This document shows positions 26,530 to 34,835 of a stretch of DNA of 34,835 bases, piece by piece; within the stretch, counting starts at the first letter, position 1; the number at the start of each line of letters is the position of its first letter. Location of the stretch: positions 1-34,835 of the forward strand of contig CAXXVK010000020.1 in NCBI GenBank assembly GCA_963676915.2. The letters are read 5' to 3'. Position numbers and translations under genes: made by a program. Origin of the DNA: Myxococcota bacterium. Its GTDB lineage: Bacteria > Myxococcota_A > SURF-8 > G963663525. A model generated the notes under the pieces. That model did no database searches, was not told where the DNA came from, and saw only the letters and a program-made list of their open reading frames with translations.

Positions 26530-28115
26530 AGCTGGTCTTCCTTATACAATTTCGCGCGATTTTCGATTTTGCGGATCACCGCATGCACCGGTTGATCCTG
26601 GGAATCGAACAGTTGAATCACCACGATTTCATGCGCGTTGAAATTGGCGACAAGCGCATAAGCGCCCTCTGCGGCTTCATACGTAACAAGATCGTAAGGT
26701 CTTGAATATTTTACAAAAATTCCAGGTTCCGAAATAAACGCCTCGGGGGAAAGATCCACCACGTCGGCGACCTGCCGAGTCCGTGTATCAATGGCTTCGA
26801 GATCGTCCGTTCCGTAGATCGTCAGATAAAGCATGTCCCCGTAGGTCGCCAGATTAGCGGGCTGACTGTCCACCTCGATGAAATCAACAGCCTCGTTGGT
26901 TTCGCAGGTATCCGATTGGCCGATCTTCTGTTGATCGTCACAACCCTCCGTTTTTACACGGGTATCTAAAAATACAACCGCAGGAGAAGCCGTACCGGAT
27001 TCCAACTGACGAACGGCTGTATACAGGGTTTCACCATCTTGGGAAAACACCAGCCCACGTATGTCGGCAGCTTCGCTGACCGCGACTTCATCCACACGCA
27101 GTCCCAGCCCCGCACCTTCATTGCGATACGGACGTAACACCCCGAGATAACGACTGTTTTTGTGGGAAATATAGACCGTCCCCGTAATCGGAGAAATCAC
27201 CGCCTGGTTTCCGCCCTGACTGAACTTGCGCTCGGTGACTTTCCGTAGCGGCTGGATATCTTCGCAGAGGTATCCTTCGGGACAGCCAAGCCGAATCACC
27301 CGACCCTCGGCGTCGTATTCCGAACGATCCACTTCGCAATATGTCGCGCAATAGGATCGACCGGTGCGGAAGTTTTCGAGACAGGCGTTGTCGCCGATTT
27401 CCTCAACCAACTTCTCGTTTTCATTGACGAAATACGTCACACCACCGCATTCGGCATCGGTCGAGCAATCGCCGCACAAGGCTCCGGCGTCCACCGACGC
27501 AGGACATTGCATCGTTTCGGGAACGCAGTACCGTAAATTTTCCCGCGCTTCCGAGATCGTCCCGATTTCGTTTTCCAGAATCGTCACTTCACCGCCGGAA
27601 ACGTGTGTCACGTATACGTAGCGATCGTTTTCGTCGATACCGATGCCGTAAGGATCTTTGGAAACCGGTATCGTCCGGTAATTGTTCCAGATTTTCCCGG
27701 TTTCGGCCAAAGGCTGGTCTGCGATTTCCGTATCGATATCCACCACCACGACGTGATCGTTAAGCTGAGCTTCCAGTTCGTCCGTCGCGTTCAAAGGACC
27801 ACGAACGGCCACATACAGCCGGGTACCCGAATGATTGAAGCGGCATTCTCCCCCGAACGTGCCGATGGGCATTGTCCAGCGGTCGATGATTTCGTACGTG
27901 GTCAGATCGATGAAAATCACCGAACCGTTGTTGTACGCCTGATTGAAATTGGCGTTGACCACGGCGGCGTAACGACCCGCAGGATGCACGTCCACGCTGA
28001 TCGGGAAATGAATGATGTCATCCGGCATCTCAACGCCCGGCTGGTCGGTAATGCATCCGGTAAGCGCTGCAGCCAGCAGGACAAGAAGAACCGCAAATAT
28101 CGTACGATGAGCCAT
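26526..28115 (-). CDS. YncE-like beta-propeller lipoprotein with a Cys-rich insertion
   Basis: Lipobox ALTG-C, blades FPISVDVHPAGRYAAVVNANF, DPYGIGID, IRGLVFSQDGETLY, VDSQPANLA. Carries an internal 10-Cys segment. GGAG RBS. Confidence 0.8.
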   Translation of the reverse strand: MAHRTIFAVLLVLLAAALTGCITDQPGVEMPDDIIHFPISVDVHPAGRYAAVVNANFNQAYNNGSVIFIDLTTYEIIDRWTMPIGTFGGECRFNHSGTRLYVAVRGPLNATDELEAQLNDHVVVVDIDTEIADQPLAETGKIWNNYRTIPVSKDPYGIGIDENDRYVYVTHVSGGEVTILENEIGTISEARENLRYCVPETMQCPASVDAGALCGDCSTDAECGGVTYFVNENEKLVEEIGDNACLENFRTGRSYCATYCEVDRSEYDAEGRVIRLGCPEGYLCEDIQPLRKVTERKFSQGGNQAVISPITGTVYISHKNSRYLGVLRPYRNEGAGLGLRVDEVAVSEAADIRGLVFSQDGETLYTAVRQLESGTASPAVVFLDTRVKTEGCDDQQKIGQSDTCETNEAVDFIEVDSQPANLATYGDMLYLTIYGTDDLEAIDTRTRQVADVVDLSPEAFISEPGIFVKYSRPYDLVTYEAAEGAYALVANFNAHEIVVIQLFDSQDQPVHAVIRKIENRAKLYKEDQL

Positions 28116-28276
28116 TTTCGCTCCGAAATGTTGAAACGTCGAACCGCAACGTAGCGGTTTCGACCCGGGATGTCAATTTCAAGCGGTCAATATAACCGGA
28201 CATAGATTCGACGGCAAACCTTTCCGTTTTTCGCGATGTCGCTTTTTCCAATTCGCCCCTTCCCTATTTTCGTATA

Positions 28277-28303
28277 TTTCGTGTATAATTTTTTCACACG
28301 AAA
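28277..28303. promoter_or_regulatory. Inverted repeat overlapping a TATAAT box in a divergent intergenic region (candidate operator)
   Basis: TTTCGTGT-11 nt-ACACGAAA, with TATAAT at 28284-28289. Confidence 0.4.
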
Positions 28304-28337
28304 CACGCAATAGCATGCGTAAAAAGGAGAATCCGAC

Positions 28338-29303
28338 GTGACGTTCAGGGAATTCGGCCAACGAGAACACAAATCCGAAAGGGAAAATACCTGCAACCGA
28401 CGGCGTTTTCTCCACCTTCTGGGAACAGGTGTTCTGGTCGCCGGTTCGCCGGTCGCTTTCGCCGAACCTCCACCTGCCGCACCTATGGCAAACCTGGCCA
28501 GTGTCCGGGGAGGACGCCCTCAAGTCATTCTGGAAGCCGCGCTGCACGAAATCGGCGGTATCGGGCGCTTCGTGCACAAAGGACAATCGGTACTGATCAA
28601 ACCCAACATGAGTTGGAACCGTTCTCCGGCGCTGGCCGATACCGTGCACCCGGAAATGGTTCACGCTTTGGCGCGTCTTTGCCTGGAGGCGGGCGCGAAA
28701 CGGGTAACGGTTTTCGATCATCCGCTTAATCGGCTGAAACACTGCCTGCAAACCACAGGAATCGAGGAAAACCTTAAAGACATCCGCAGCAAAAAGCTGA
28801 AACTCATCCGCCGGATCGATAAAAACAAGACATTTCAAGACCATACACTCGAAAAAAGCCGCTGGCTGAAAACCTGGCCCATCGCAAAAGTGGCACTGAA
28901 AAGCGATGTCATCATCAATCTCGCCCAGGCCAAGCATCACAAAGTCACGGGGGTTTCGCTGGCTTTGAAAAACATGATGGGTATTGCCGGAGGAAACCGG
29001 GGAGAGTTGCACAAAAACCTCAACCAAAACATCGTCGATCTCAACCGCAACTTTCCCAGCACGCTTACCGTCATCGACGCTACCCGCACCCGGACGCAAA
29101 ACGGCCCCGACGGCAAGGACATCACCGGGGTTCGTTGGACCAATACCGTCATCGCCGCCGACAACCCCGTTGCCGCCGATATGTGCGCCTGTCGACTGTT
29201 CGAACTGGACTGGGAGGAAGTCGGTCACATTCGTCTGGCCATGGAAGAAGGTCTGGGACCGAAGGATTTCGAGAAACTGGAAAAGGTCAGAATTCGGCTG
29301 TAA
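28338..29303 (+). CDS. Tat-exported DUF362-family protein
   Basis: Twin-arginine signal NRRRFL..AFA, and motifs GGIGRFVHKGQSVLIKPN, HPEMV, AKHH..LALKNMMG, NPVAAD, GLG. GTG start with an AGGAG RBS. Confidence 0.85.
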   Translation: MTFREFGQREHKSERENTCNRRRFLHLLGTGVLVAGSPVAFAEPPPAAPMANLASVRGGRPQVILEAALHEIGGIGRFVHKGQSVLIKPNMSWNRSPALADTVHPEMVHALARLCLEAGAKRVTVFDHPLNRLKHCLQTTGIEENLKDIRSKKLKLIRRIDKNKTFQDHTLEKSRWLKTWPIAKVALKSDVIINLAQAKHHKVTGVSLALKNMMGIAGGNRGELHKNLNQNIVDLNRNFPSTLTVIDATRTRTQNGPDGKDITGVRWTNTVIAADNPVAADMCACRLFELDWEEVGHIRLAMEEGLGPKDFEKLEKVRIRL

Positions 29304-29642
29304 GTTCTTCAAACGAATAACGTTTTGTCGGCGCAAGGCTCCCGCCCCAATGCCGTTGGGCTAACCCGGAATATTCATGAAGAATCTACTCCGACTTGAA
29401 AACTCTCGATCTTTCTCTCGTTTCCCGATTTTCATCCTCGACAGACTGTCCAGTATGCCTGCGGGTGAAAATCGCTCCAACTTCGCGAAAGTTCTTCGGT
29501 TTCCGGCGTCTCGCTACGATTCTCATGAATATTTCGGGCTAAAGTCTATTAGCGGGAACCGTCACGGTCTTCGATTCGAAGAATCGATGGCCGTGACACC
29601 CACCTGAAAATAGCTTTTTCGAGCTGCAACGAGAATAATCCT

Positions 29643-32399
29643 CTACTCCTCTTCGCACATCTCCGCAGGGACACATACCCGTGACGAGCCGGTGATGCCT
29701 TTGCAACAGTTCGAGACGCAGTCGTTGTTGTATTTGCAGTGTTCGAGACAATACGGAACCCCATGATCGGCTCCGCAGACGCTGGAGCAGCAATCTCCAT
29801 GCTCGGTGCACTGTCCCTCTTCGCCATCGAAGGTACGCGAGGAATTCGAGCAATCGAAGTTGGCTTCCGGGTTCATACTGTGAGGCTCTTTCCAGATACC
29901 TTTTTCACGTTTGAACTGAATCGTGAATACCATGGTGTTCAAAAACTGGCTGAAATCCATCAACGATTGCCAGTAGTAATCCGTTCGTCCGTTGCGCTCC
30001 ATCATGATTTTTACATGTTCGCCGAACAGCGCAAAACCTTTAGACACTTCCACCCGGAAGGTGGCGTCGTCGATTTCCGAATAATCACCGTCCAGGTTGC
30101 CGTAATCCCAGCTTACGGTTGTCCAGCCGGATTGCGCGCCCAACGTGAAATTGCACGGGCCGGAGTGCTCCGGTCCCCAGGGGCAGAGGCTTTGGGAGGG
30201 GCCACAAGCTTGATCTGTGCTGGAATACCAGACGAGGTCGTACCATTGCAGGCCGACCGAGCAGAAATTGATGTCTCCAAGATACAGAATCAATGTATCC
30301 GGCTTGTCCACGGTGATCGTCATGTTCTTCCAGGCCGACCACATCCCCTGTGTTTCTTCCTGCAAGGTTCCGTCGTCATCGTCGCGCACCATGGCACGGA
30401 AACTGTAGCTACCTTCCCGATCCGGTGTGAAACTCACGGCGCAGACATCGGTGTCTTCGATGGTGAACTGCGACAGCGGCGCGGGACTTTGCAACTCGAT
30501 CTTGCAATCGGTGATGTCGCCGCCATCGGGGTCAAAAGAGGCCTCACCCACATCGATCAGATAATTGGAGCCAGCCCGGAAACCGGCGCCGTTCCAGGGA
30601 TCGGGAGCGGTGGAATCGTAGATTACCGGTGCGATCTCGTTGTGAACTTTGAATTTCACCACCGGCAACTCGTATTGAACGGTATTGGTCGAACGGACGG
30701 TAATGAGAAATTCGGATCGGGTGGTGTCGCCCTCTTCGAAAAGATCGTGGTCATTGTGAATGATTTCAATGCCATAGACATCGTCCGCCGTGTCCAGCGG
30801 ATCGTATACGATGTCGAAGGTCAGAGATTCGCGTCCCTCCAGAATGGCGGGCATTTCCTCGGAAATATTCTCGACGAAAAATTCCGGGTGAGAGGGCAAT
30901 TGCTTTTGAATGTTGAAAATCGAGAGGTTGCCGTTGCCAATGTTTTTGACGGTAATCGTCTCCCGCACCGGTTCTCCTACGCGGGCGTTGTCGAAGATGA
31001 TTTCGTCCTCGCTGACCAGCATTTCCGGATCGCTGGTCGATGCACGCATTTTCACCGTAATCGAACCAGAAGGTGTGTTGCTTGCATTGGAGAAGATTTT
31101 CACTTCCTGCAAAGGCTGTGCGCCGGTGTTCGAGTCGGGCGAAAACGTGAAGAAAATCGGCAGGCTTGCTTCGCTGCCGATGGCCGTGTAAATCATCGGG
31201 TCATCGTTGAAACCGAAATAGGAACTTCCCACGTCGCTGAATTCAAGTTCCGTGATTTCCAGGGGTTGCAGTCCGAGATTGGTCACGGTCAAAGGCAGTT
31301 CGGCGACTTGTCCGTATTGCACTTCACCGAAATCCAACTCTTCCGGCTCGACGACGATCCACGCGTCTTCGGCGAATTTCGAGGAGGCCTCGATGGGAAT
31401 TTCGGTCAGGTTGTCGGTCGCGGCGTTGTTGACGATTCGCAAGGTATTGTCGAATGCCAAGGGGTTGGGAGGCCGGAAGGTGATGAAGACATCCAACGCC
31501 TGGTTCGGCAACAAATTCACGGGGTTATCGCTACTGATGGAACCTACCGTTTCGTCGAAACTTAAAGTGAACGGCCCGCTGAGAATCTCGCCGTTATCCA
31601 ACGTAACCTGGGTAATGCGAAGTACCTGGTTGGACCCGGCTTCCTCGGGTCTGTTGTAGATTCTCAGGTGATATTCTTCAAACGAGCCGTAAATCACTTC
31701 CTCGCCGTAATCGATTTTCTCGATTTCTTCTTCGTTTTCATCGTCATCGACCGACATCGGCACCAACCGAGCCTCGCCTTTCTGCTGAGTCACGAGTTCG
31801 ACATCCACGAGCGGGTTTTCCCGGTCGTCGGAAGCGATTTGCAGGGTGTACCCTTCGTCGGGAACGAGATCTTGGGGATTGTAAACCACCTCGATGGTCA
31901 AGCCTTTGCCCGGCTCCAAGGTAACCGGCTGGAATTCCTCGGGTAATTCGCTTCCACCCATGGACACGGTAAAACTGAAATCCGAGACGTCGGACTGACC
32001 GAAACGGATTTTGGTGACGGTGGCGTTTTCCGTAGCTTGGGAGGAATTGGAAACGGTGATGTACTCTGTTTTATCCTGCTGAAACTGAACCACACCGAAA
32101 TCCACAATAAGCGGTGTGACGACGATCATCCGACCATCGTCCACTACAACATCGCTGTTTTCGGAGGTATCGTCCTCATCGCCGGTATTTCCCCACGAAA
32201 CGCAGATGCCTTGTTCCGTGTCACAGGTACCGCTGGGACAATCGCTGTTCTGCGTGCATACGGTTCCTTCCGTGTCGGTGTCGGCATCGGAAATCGTGCC
32301 GGAAGAACCTTCGTTTTCGCATCCCAAAAACAGAACGAAAACCACGAGAACTACCAACAGCATCTGGGCGGAATTTTGGAGGGCACACAGCGCTTTCAT
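29643..32399 (-). CDS. Large surface lipoprotein with four choice-of-anchor-D/ASH-type Ig-like repeats, a PKD-like domain and Cys-rich ends
   Basis: Lipobox LFLG-C. Repeats VTPLIVDFGVV..ITVSN, IDYGEE..LRIYN, VEPEELDFGEV..LTVTNLG, VSEDEIIFDN..ITVKNIG. PKD-like SFDPDGG..FTPDREGSYSF. C-terminal CTEHGDCCSSVC/CKYNNDCVSNCC. Confidence 0.8.
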   Translation of the reverse strand: MKALCALQNSAQMLLVVLVVFVLFLGCENEGSSGTISDADTDTEGTVCTQNSDCPSGTCDTEQGICVSWGNTGDEDDTSENSDVVVDDGRMIVVTPLIVDFGVVQFQQDKTEYITVSNSSQATENATVTKIRFGQSDVSDFSFTVSMGGSELPEEFQPVTLEPGKGLTIEVVYNPQDLVPDEGYTLQIASDDRENPLVDVELVTQQKGEARLVPMSVDDDENEEEIEKIDYGEEVIYGSFEEYHLRIYNRPEEAGSNQVLRITQVTLDNGEILSGPFTLSFDETVGSISSDNPVNLLPNQALDVFITFRPPNPLAFDNTLRIVNNAATDNLTEIPIEASSKFAEDAWIVVEPEELDFGEVQYGQVAELPLTVTNLGLQPLEITELEFSDVGSSYFGFNDDPMIYTAIGSEASLPIFFTFSPDSNTGAQPLQEVKIFSNASNTPSGSITVKMRASTSDPEMLVSEDEIIFDNARVGEPVRETITVKNIGNGNLSIFNIQKQLPSHPEFFVENISEEMPAILEGRESLTFDIVYDPLDTADDVYGIEIIHNDHDLFEEGDTTRSEFLITVRSTNTVQYELPVVKFKVHNEIAPVIYDSTAPDPWNGAGFRAGSNYLIDVGEASFDPDGGDITDCKIELQSPAPLSQFTIEDTDVCAVSFTPDREGSYSFRAMVRDDDDGTLQEETQGMWSAWKNMTITVDKPDTLILYLGDINFCSVGLQWYDLVWYSSTDQACGPSQSLCPWGPEHSGPCNFTLGAQSGWTTVSWDYGNLDGDYSEIDDATFRVEVSKGFALFGEHVKIMMERNGRTDYYWQSLMDFSQFLNTMVFTIQFKREKGIWKEPHSMNPEANFDCSNSSRTFDGEEGQCTEHGDCCSSVCGADHGVPYCLEHCKYNNDCVSNCCKGITGSSRVCVPAEMCEEE

Positions 32400-32466
32400 C
32401 GGTCCGGCTCCTGCGTTGAGGGAAGGAATCTAATCCATGAATTCTATTGATCGAAACGGGCATCCA

Positions 32467-32495
32467 ATTGTAATGGTAGGCCCGGTGACTGTCAA
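32467..32495 (-). promoter_or_regulatory. Near-consensus sigma70 promoter for the 918-aa lipoprotein gene
   Basis: Minus strand TTGACA-17 nt-TACAAT, about 68 nt upstream of ATG 32399. Confidence 0.75.
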
Positions 32496-32613
32496 GCGAA
32501 TCCCCATCTGACTGTTTAGAAATCACACAGGGTTAGACGATTGTGTGTAAGACTTTTGTGGTGGATTTGTGAGGTTTTCGTTAGGGGGTAAATCTGTGAC
32601 AGAGCAACCTAAA

Positions 32614-32817
32614 GATGGAGCAGGATTGTATCCTGCTCCACAGGCAATTGACAAACCCCACTTTGAACAATTTCTTCCGTCTGTAACTTATTGAAATTAT
32701 TGAAGCTCAAAAACGACAAAAAACCTTTGTCAGCAAGCTGTGGAGCAGGATTGTATCCTGCTCCACACGTTTGGCTATGAGAAAAACGTATGGACGGGGA
32801 TGCAATCCCCGTCCATC
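32614..32817 (+). repeat. Composite REP/REPIN-like element, copy 3, interrupted by a 100-bp insert
   Basis: Hairpin A TGGAGCAGGATTGTATCCTGCTCCA occurs at both 32616-32640 and 32741-32765. Spacer CACGTTTGGCTATGAGAAAAACGT is followed by perfect hairpin B ATGGACGGGGAT-GCA-ATCCCCGTCCAT (32790-32816). Confidence 0.88.
32641..32740. mobile_element. Putative 100-bp MITE with imperfect 15-bp terminal inverted repeats and a 25-bp target duplication
   Basis: Left end CAGGCAATTGACAAA versus right-end reverse complement CAGCTTGCTGACAAA (10/15 identical). Flanked by exact 25-bp direct repeats. Removing the insert plus one repeat regenerates the intact element start seen at 973-1054. Confidence 0.65.
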
Positions 32818-32876
32818 GAGGCCCAATGCAATTGACTTAGTTCCTCCCCGGTTTTTATCGTATCCATCCAAACTCT

Positions 32877-34141
32877 TTATTGCACCAACGCATAGGCAAC
32901 TTGAAGTTGCAGATCGCTCGAAGAAACTTTCGGGCTTTTCGGAACGCTCGCCAGCAACTGTTTCGTGGCGGCGTCGAGTTCGCTTAGTCCATTGCTTTTG
33001 GCTATGGCTTTCCCTTCGATTGCCACCCGCCGTCGGTCGGGTTGATCTACAAAGAATTCCGGTGTAATTCCAATGCCTTCTATGGATTTCCCGGAAGGTG
33101 TAAAATACTTTGCCACCGTGATTTTCAGGCCGGAACCATCCTCCAGATCGATGATATTCTGCACCGATCCTTTGCCGTAACTACCATTTCCGACCAGCTT
33201 GGCTCGTCCGTGATCCACGAGCGCCCCGGCGAGAATTTCGGCGGCGGAAGCGGAACGGTAATTGATCAGCACGGCCAGCGGACCTGATTGGTAAGCGCCG
33301 CCCGGACCGGCTTTTTCCACTTCGACCTGATGTGGATTACGTCCTTTGGTGCTGACGATATCTCCTTTTTCAAGAAATTCGTCGGCGATCATCACGGCCT
33401 GGTCCATCAGTCCACCGGGATTGTCGCGCAGATCAAGCACTAACCCGGAAAGTTTTCCGCCTGCCTCGGATTTCAACGATTTCAGGGCTTCAGCGGTTTG
33501 ACGTGCGGTTTGATCCTGAAAAGATTTGATTTTCAAATAGCCCGTGGTCGGACCGATCAGCCGACTTTGCACGGAATGAATCAGGATTTTTTTTCGCACA
33601 ATAGTTTTGTGCATCGGTTTGTCCTGTCCGGGACGCTGCAATACAAGTGAAATCGACGTTCCCAACGGACCGCGCATCCATTTCGTGGCTTCGGCCAAAG
33701 ACATCATGGTGGCATCTTGATCGTCGATGCGAAGGATGCGATCCCCGGAAGCAGACCTTCCCGTTCGGCGGGAGAACCTTCGATCGGCTCGATCACCGTA
33801 AGATACTTCCCCTGCTTTTCCACAATAATTCCAAGACCTTGGAATTCTCCGGTCGTATCGATCCTCATTTCCCGGTAGACATCGGGAGGCATGAACATCG
33901 TATGCGGGTCGAGGGTGTCGAGCATTCCCTTGATGGCTCCGTAGATCAACTCCTGCTGACTCACCGGCTCGACGTAATTGGTTTCCACGTAATGCAGAAC
34001 CTTGGCAAAAATGTCCAGTTTGGCGAACACATCGTTGGGAGTTTTGGCGAAACTATGGGAGCCGATCGGGATTGACACCCCCAATAAAAAGGCAACGAGA
34101 AGTCCGGAAACTTGTTTGATTCGATTCGACCGCATGGGCAC
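32877..34141 (-). pseudogene. ctpA: Carboxy-terminal processing protease (S41A, CtpA/Prc family) split by a 1-bp frameshift; a sequencing error is at least as likely as a true pseudogene
   Basis: The 5' ORF has GAIKGMLDTLDPH, GEFQGLGI and the PDZ start PIEGSPAEREGLLPG. The 3' frame continues DRILRID..LDLRDNPGG, SASAAEILAGAL, SYGKGSVQ. Adding one C to CCCC at 33743-33746 fuses them into ~421 aa. Confidence 0.9.
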
Positions 34142-34511
34142 CTTCTAAGAAATTTTGAGTGAAAACAGTCTGTTTCGATACAAATGAAACAATTTAGTGA
34201 AACTTTATCACGAAAAAAACCGTTTCGCATCGTTGAATACGCACAAGTGTAAAAGGTCGAAAGAAAGGATGCAAGGAGTAATCGAGCACAGGCCAAAATT
34301 CAGGAACAGGAAATCTCGAATATTTGCCTTGCTCGTCGTCTTATTACTGAATGGTGAACAAAGCTCCCGCAACAAGTCGAGGAGAGTTCGGATGAAAACA
34401 CGGGCACCAGGAACCAAGGGGAGGGATTTTCGTACCGAGGGACAACCGAACGTCTCCAAATCACACTCTTTTTCCGAAGTAGGCCACTCCCACGAAAAAG
34501 TTGTAAAATCG

Positions 34512-34540
34512 TTGTGAGAGATGGTGTTGAATGATATGAT
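34512..34540 (+). promoter_or_regulatory. Putative sigma70 promoter for the last gene
   Basis: TTGTGA-17 nt-TATGAT with an extended -10 TGn. Confidence 0.45.
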
Positions 34541-34613
34541 ATTGGGCCGAAAACGTAGAGATTTTAGTAGTCTTATTCAAAAAATGACGAAAATGAAAAA
34601 GGAATTGGTAAAC

Positions 34614-34835
34614 ATGAAGAGGTTGATGGGATTGACAAAACGACCGAATCGCTTGTCCCGCAATCGTTTCGGGGGAAATGTTTTTACTCTGGCTCTCCTG
34701 CTTGTCCTGCTGGCCATCGGAAGCGGATGTTCCGATTCCGGCTCTGCCGGAACCTCCGGAGACAACGACAATTCGAGCAACAACGGCGATAACGAAACCG
34801 GTTCGATGGACGAATGTTCCGACGAGAACCCCTGC
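34614..34835 (+). CDS. 5' end of another Cys-rich lipoprotein (truncated by the window end; absent from the ORF track)
   Basis: Open frame MKRLMG..NVFTLALLLVLLAIGSG-C-SDSGSAGTSGDNDNSSNNGDNETGSMDECSDENPC: lipobox, low-complexity linker and first Cys module. In-frame ATGs also occur at 34584 and 34593. Confidence 0.75.
   Translation, partial: MKRLMGLTKRPNRLSRNRFGGNVFTLALLLVLLAIGSGCSDSGSAGTSGDNDNSSNNGDNETGSMDECSDENPC

Noticed and set aside
28179-29336. 385-aa minus-strand ORF
   Set aside because: It is antisense to the DUF362 gene, which has a Tat signal, an RBS and family motifs.
29739-31565. 608-aa plus-strand ORF, and similar ones opposite smc, gltG and the 431-aa gene
   Set aside because: Each lies largely or entirely antisense to a well-supported gene and has no domain features.
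32614-32817. Palindromic 25-bp direct repeats as a mini CRISPR array
   Set aside because: There are only two identical copies, 100 bp apart. Other copies are dispersed and in both orientations, and no cas genes are present. A REP plus insertion explains the pattern better.
34400-34430. CACCAGGAACCAAGGG resembling a 6S RNA segment
   Set aside because: The resemblance is short, no long rod-like pairing is visible, and the usual zapA/ygfA context is absent.

Overview
Chromosomal window from a Gram-negative bacterium, most likely Myxococcota/deltaproteobacterial-like (inferred from gene content; taxonomy not verified). The centrepiece is an ~11.7-kb minus-strand cluster (10592-22245) encoding a trans-envelope Glt/Nfs-type apparatus in the order [gltA/B-like barrel]-gltC-gltD-gltE-gltF-gltG-gltH. 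It has one GltA/B barrel, a GltC with a lipobox, and no AglRQS motor, gltI/gltJ or cglB in the window. Downstream lie smc-ftsY. Upstream lie a Cys-rich lipoprotein, two beta-propeller lipoproteins, a Tat-exported DUF362 protein, a large Ig-repeat lipoprotein and a ctpA/S41 protease gene split by a 1-bp homopolymer frameshift. The left end carries a partial sigma54 activator, an outer-membrane barrel protein and an Asp-box lipoprotein. The non-coding DNA holds three copies of an ~80-bp two-hairpin REP/REPIN-like element and a GTAG-type REP doublet. It also holds a 100-bp MITE-like insert inside one REP hairpin, flanked by a perfect 25-bp duplication of that hairpin. No rRNA, tRNA, CRISPR array or transposase gene was recognised. 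All family assignments come from motif recognition by eye, not from database searches.
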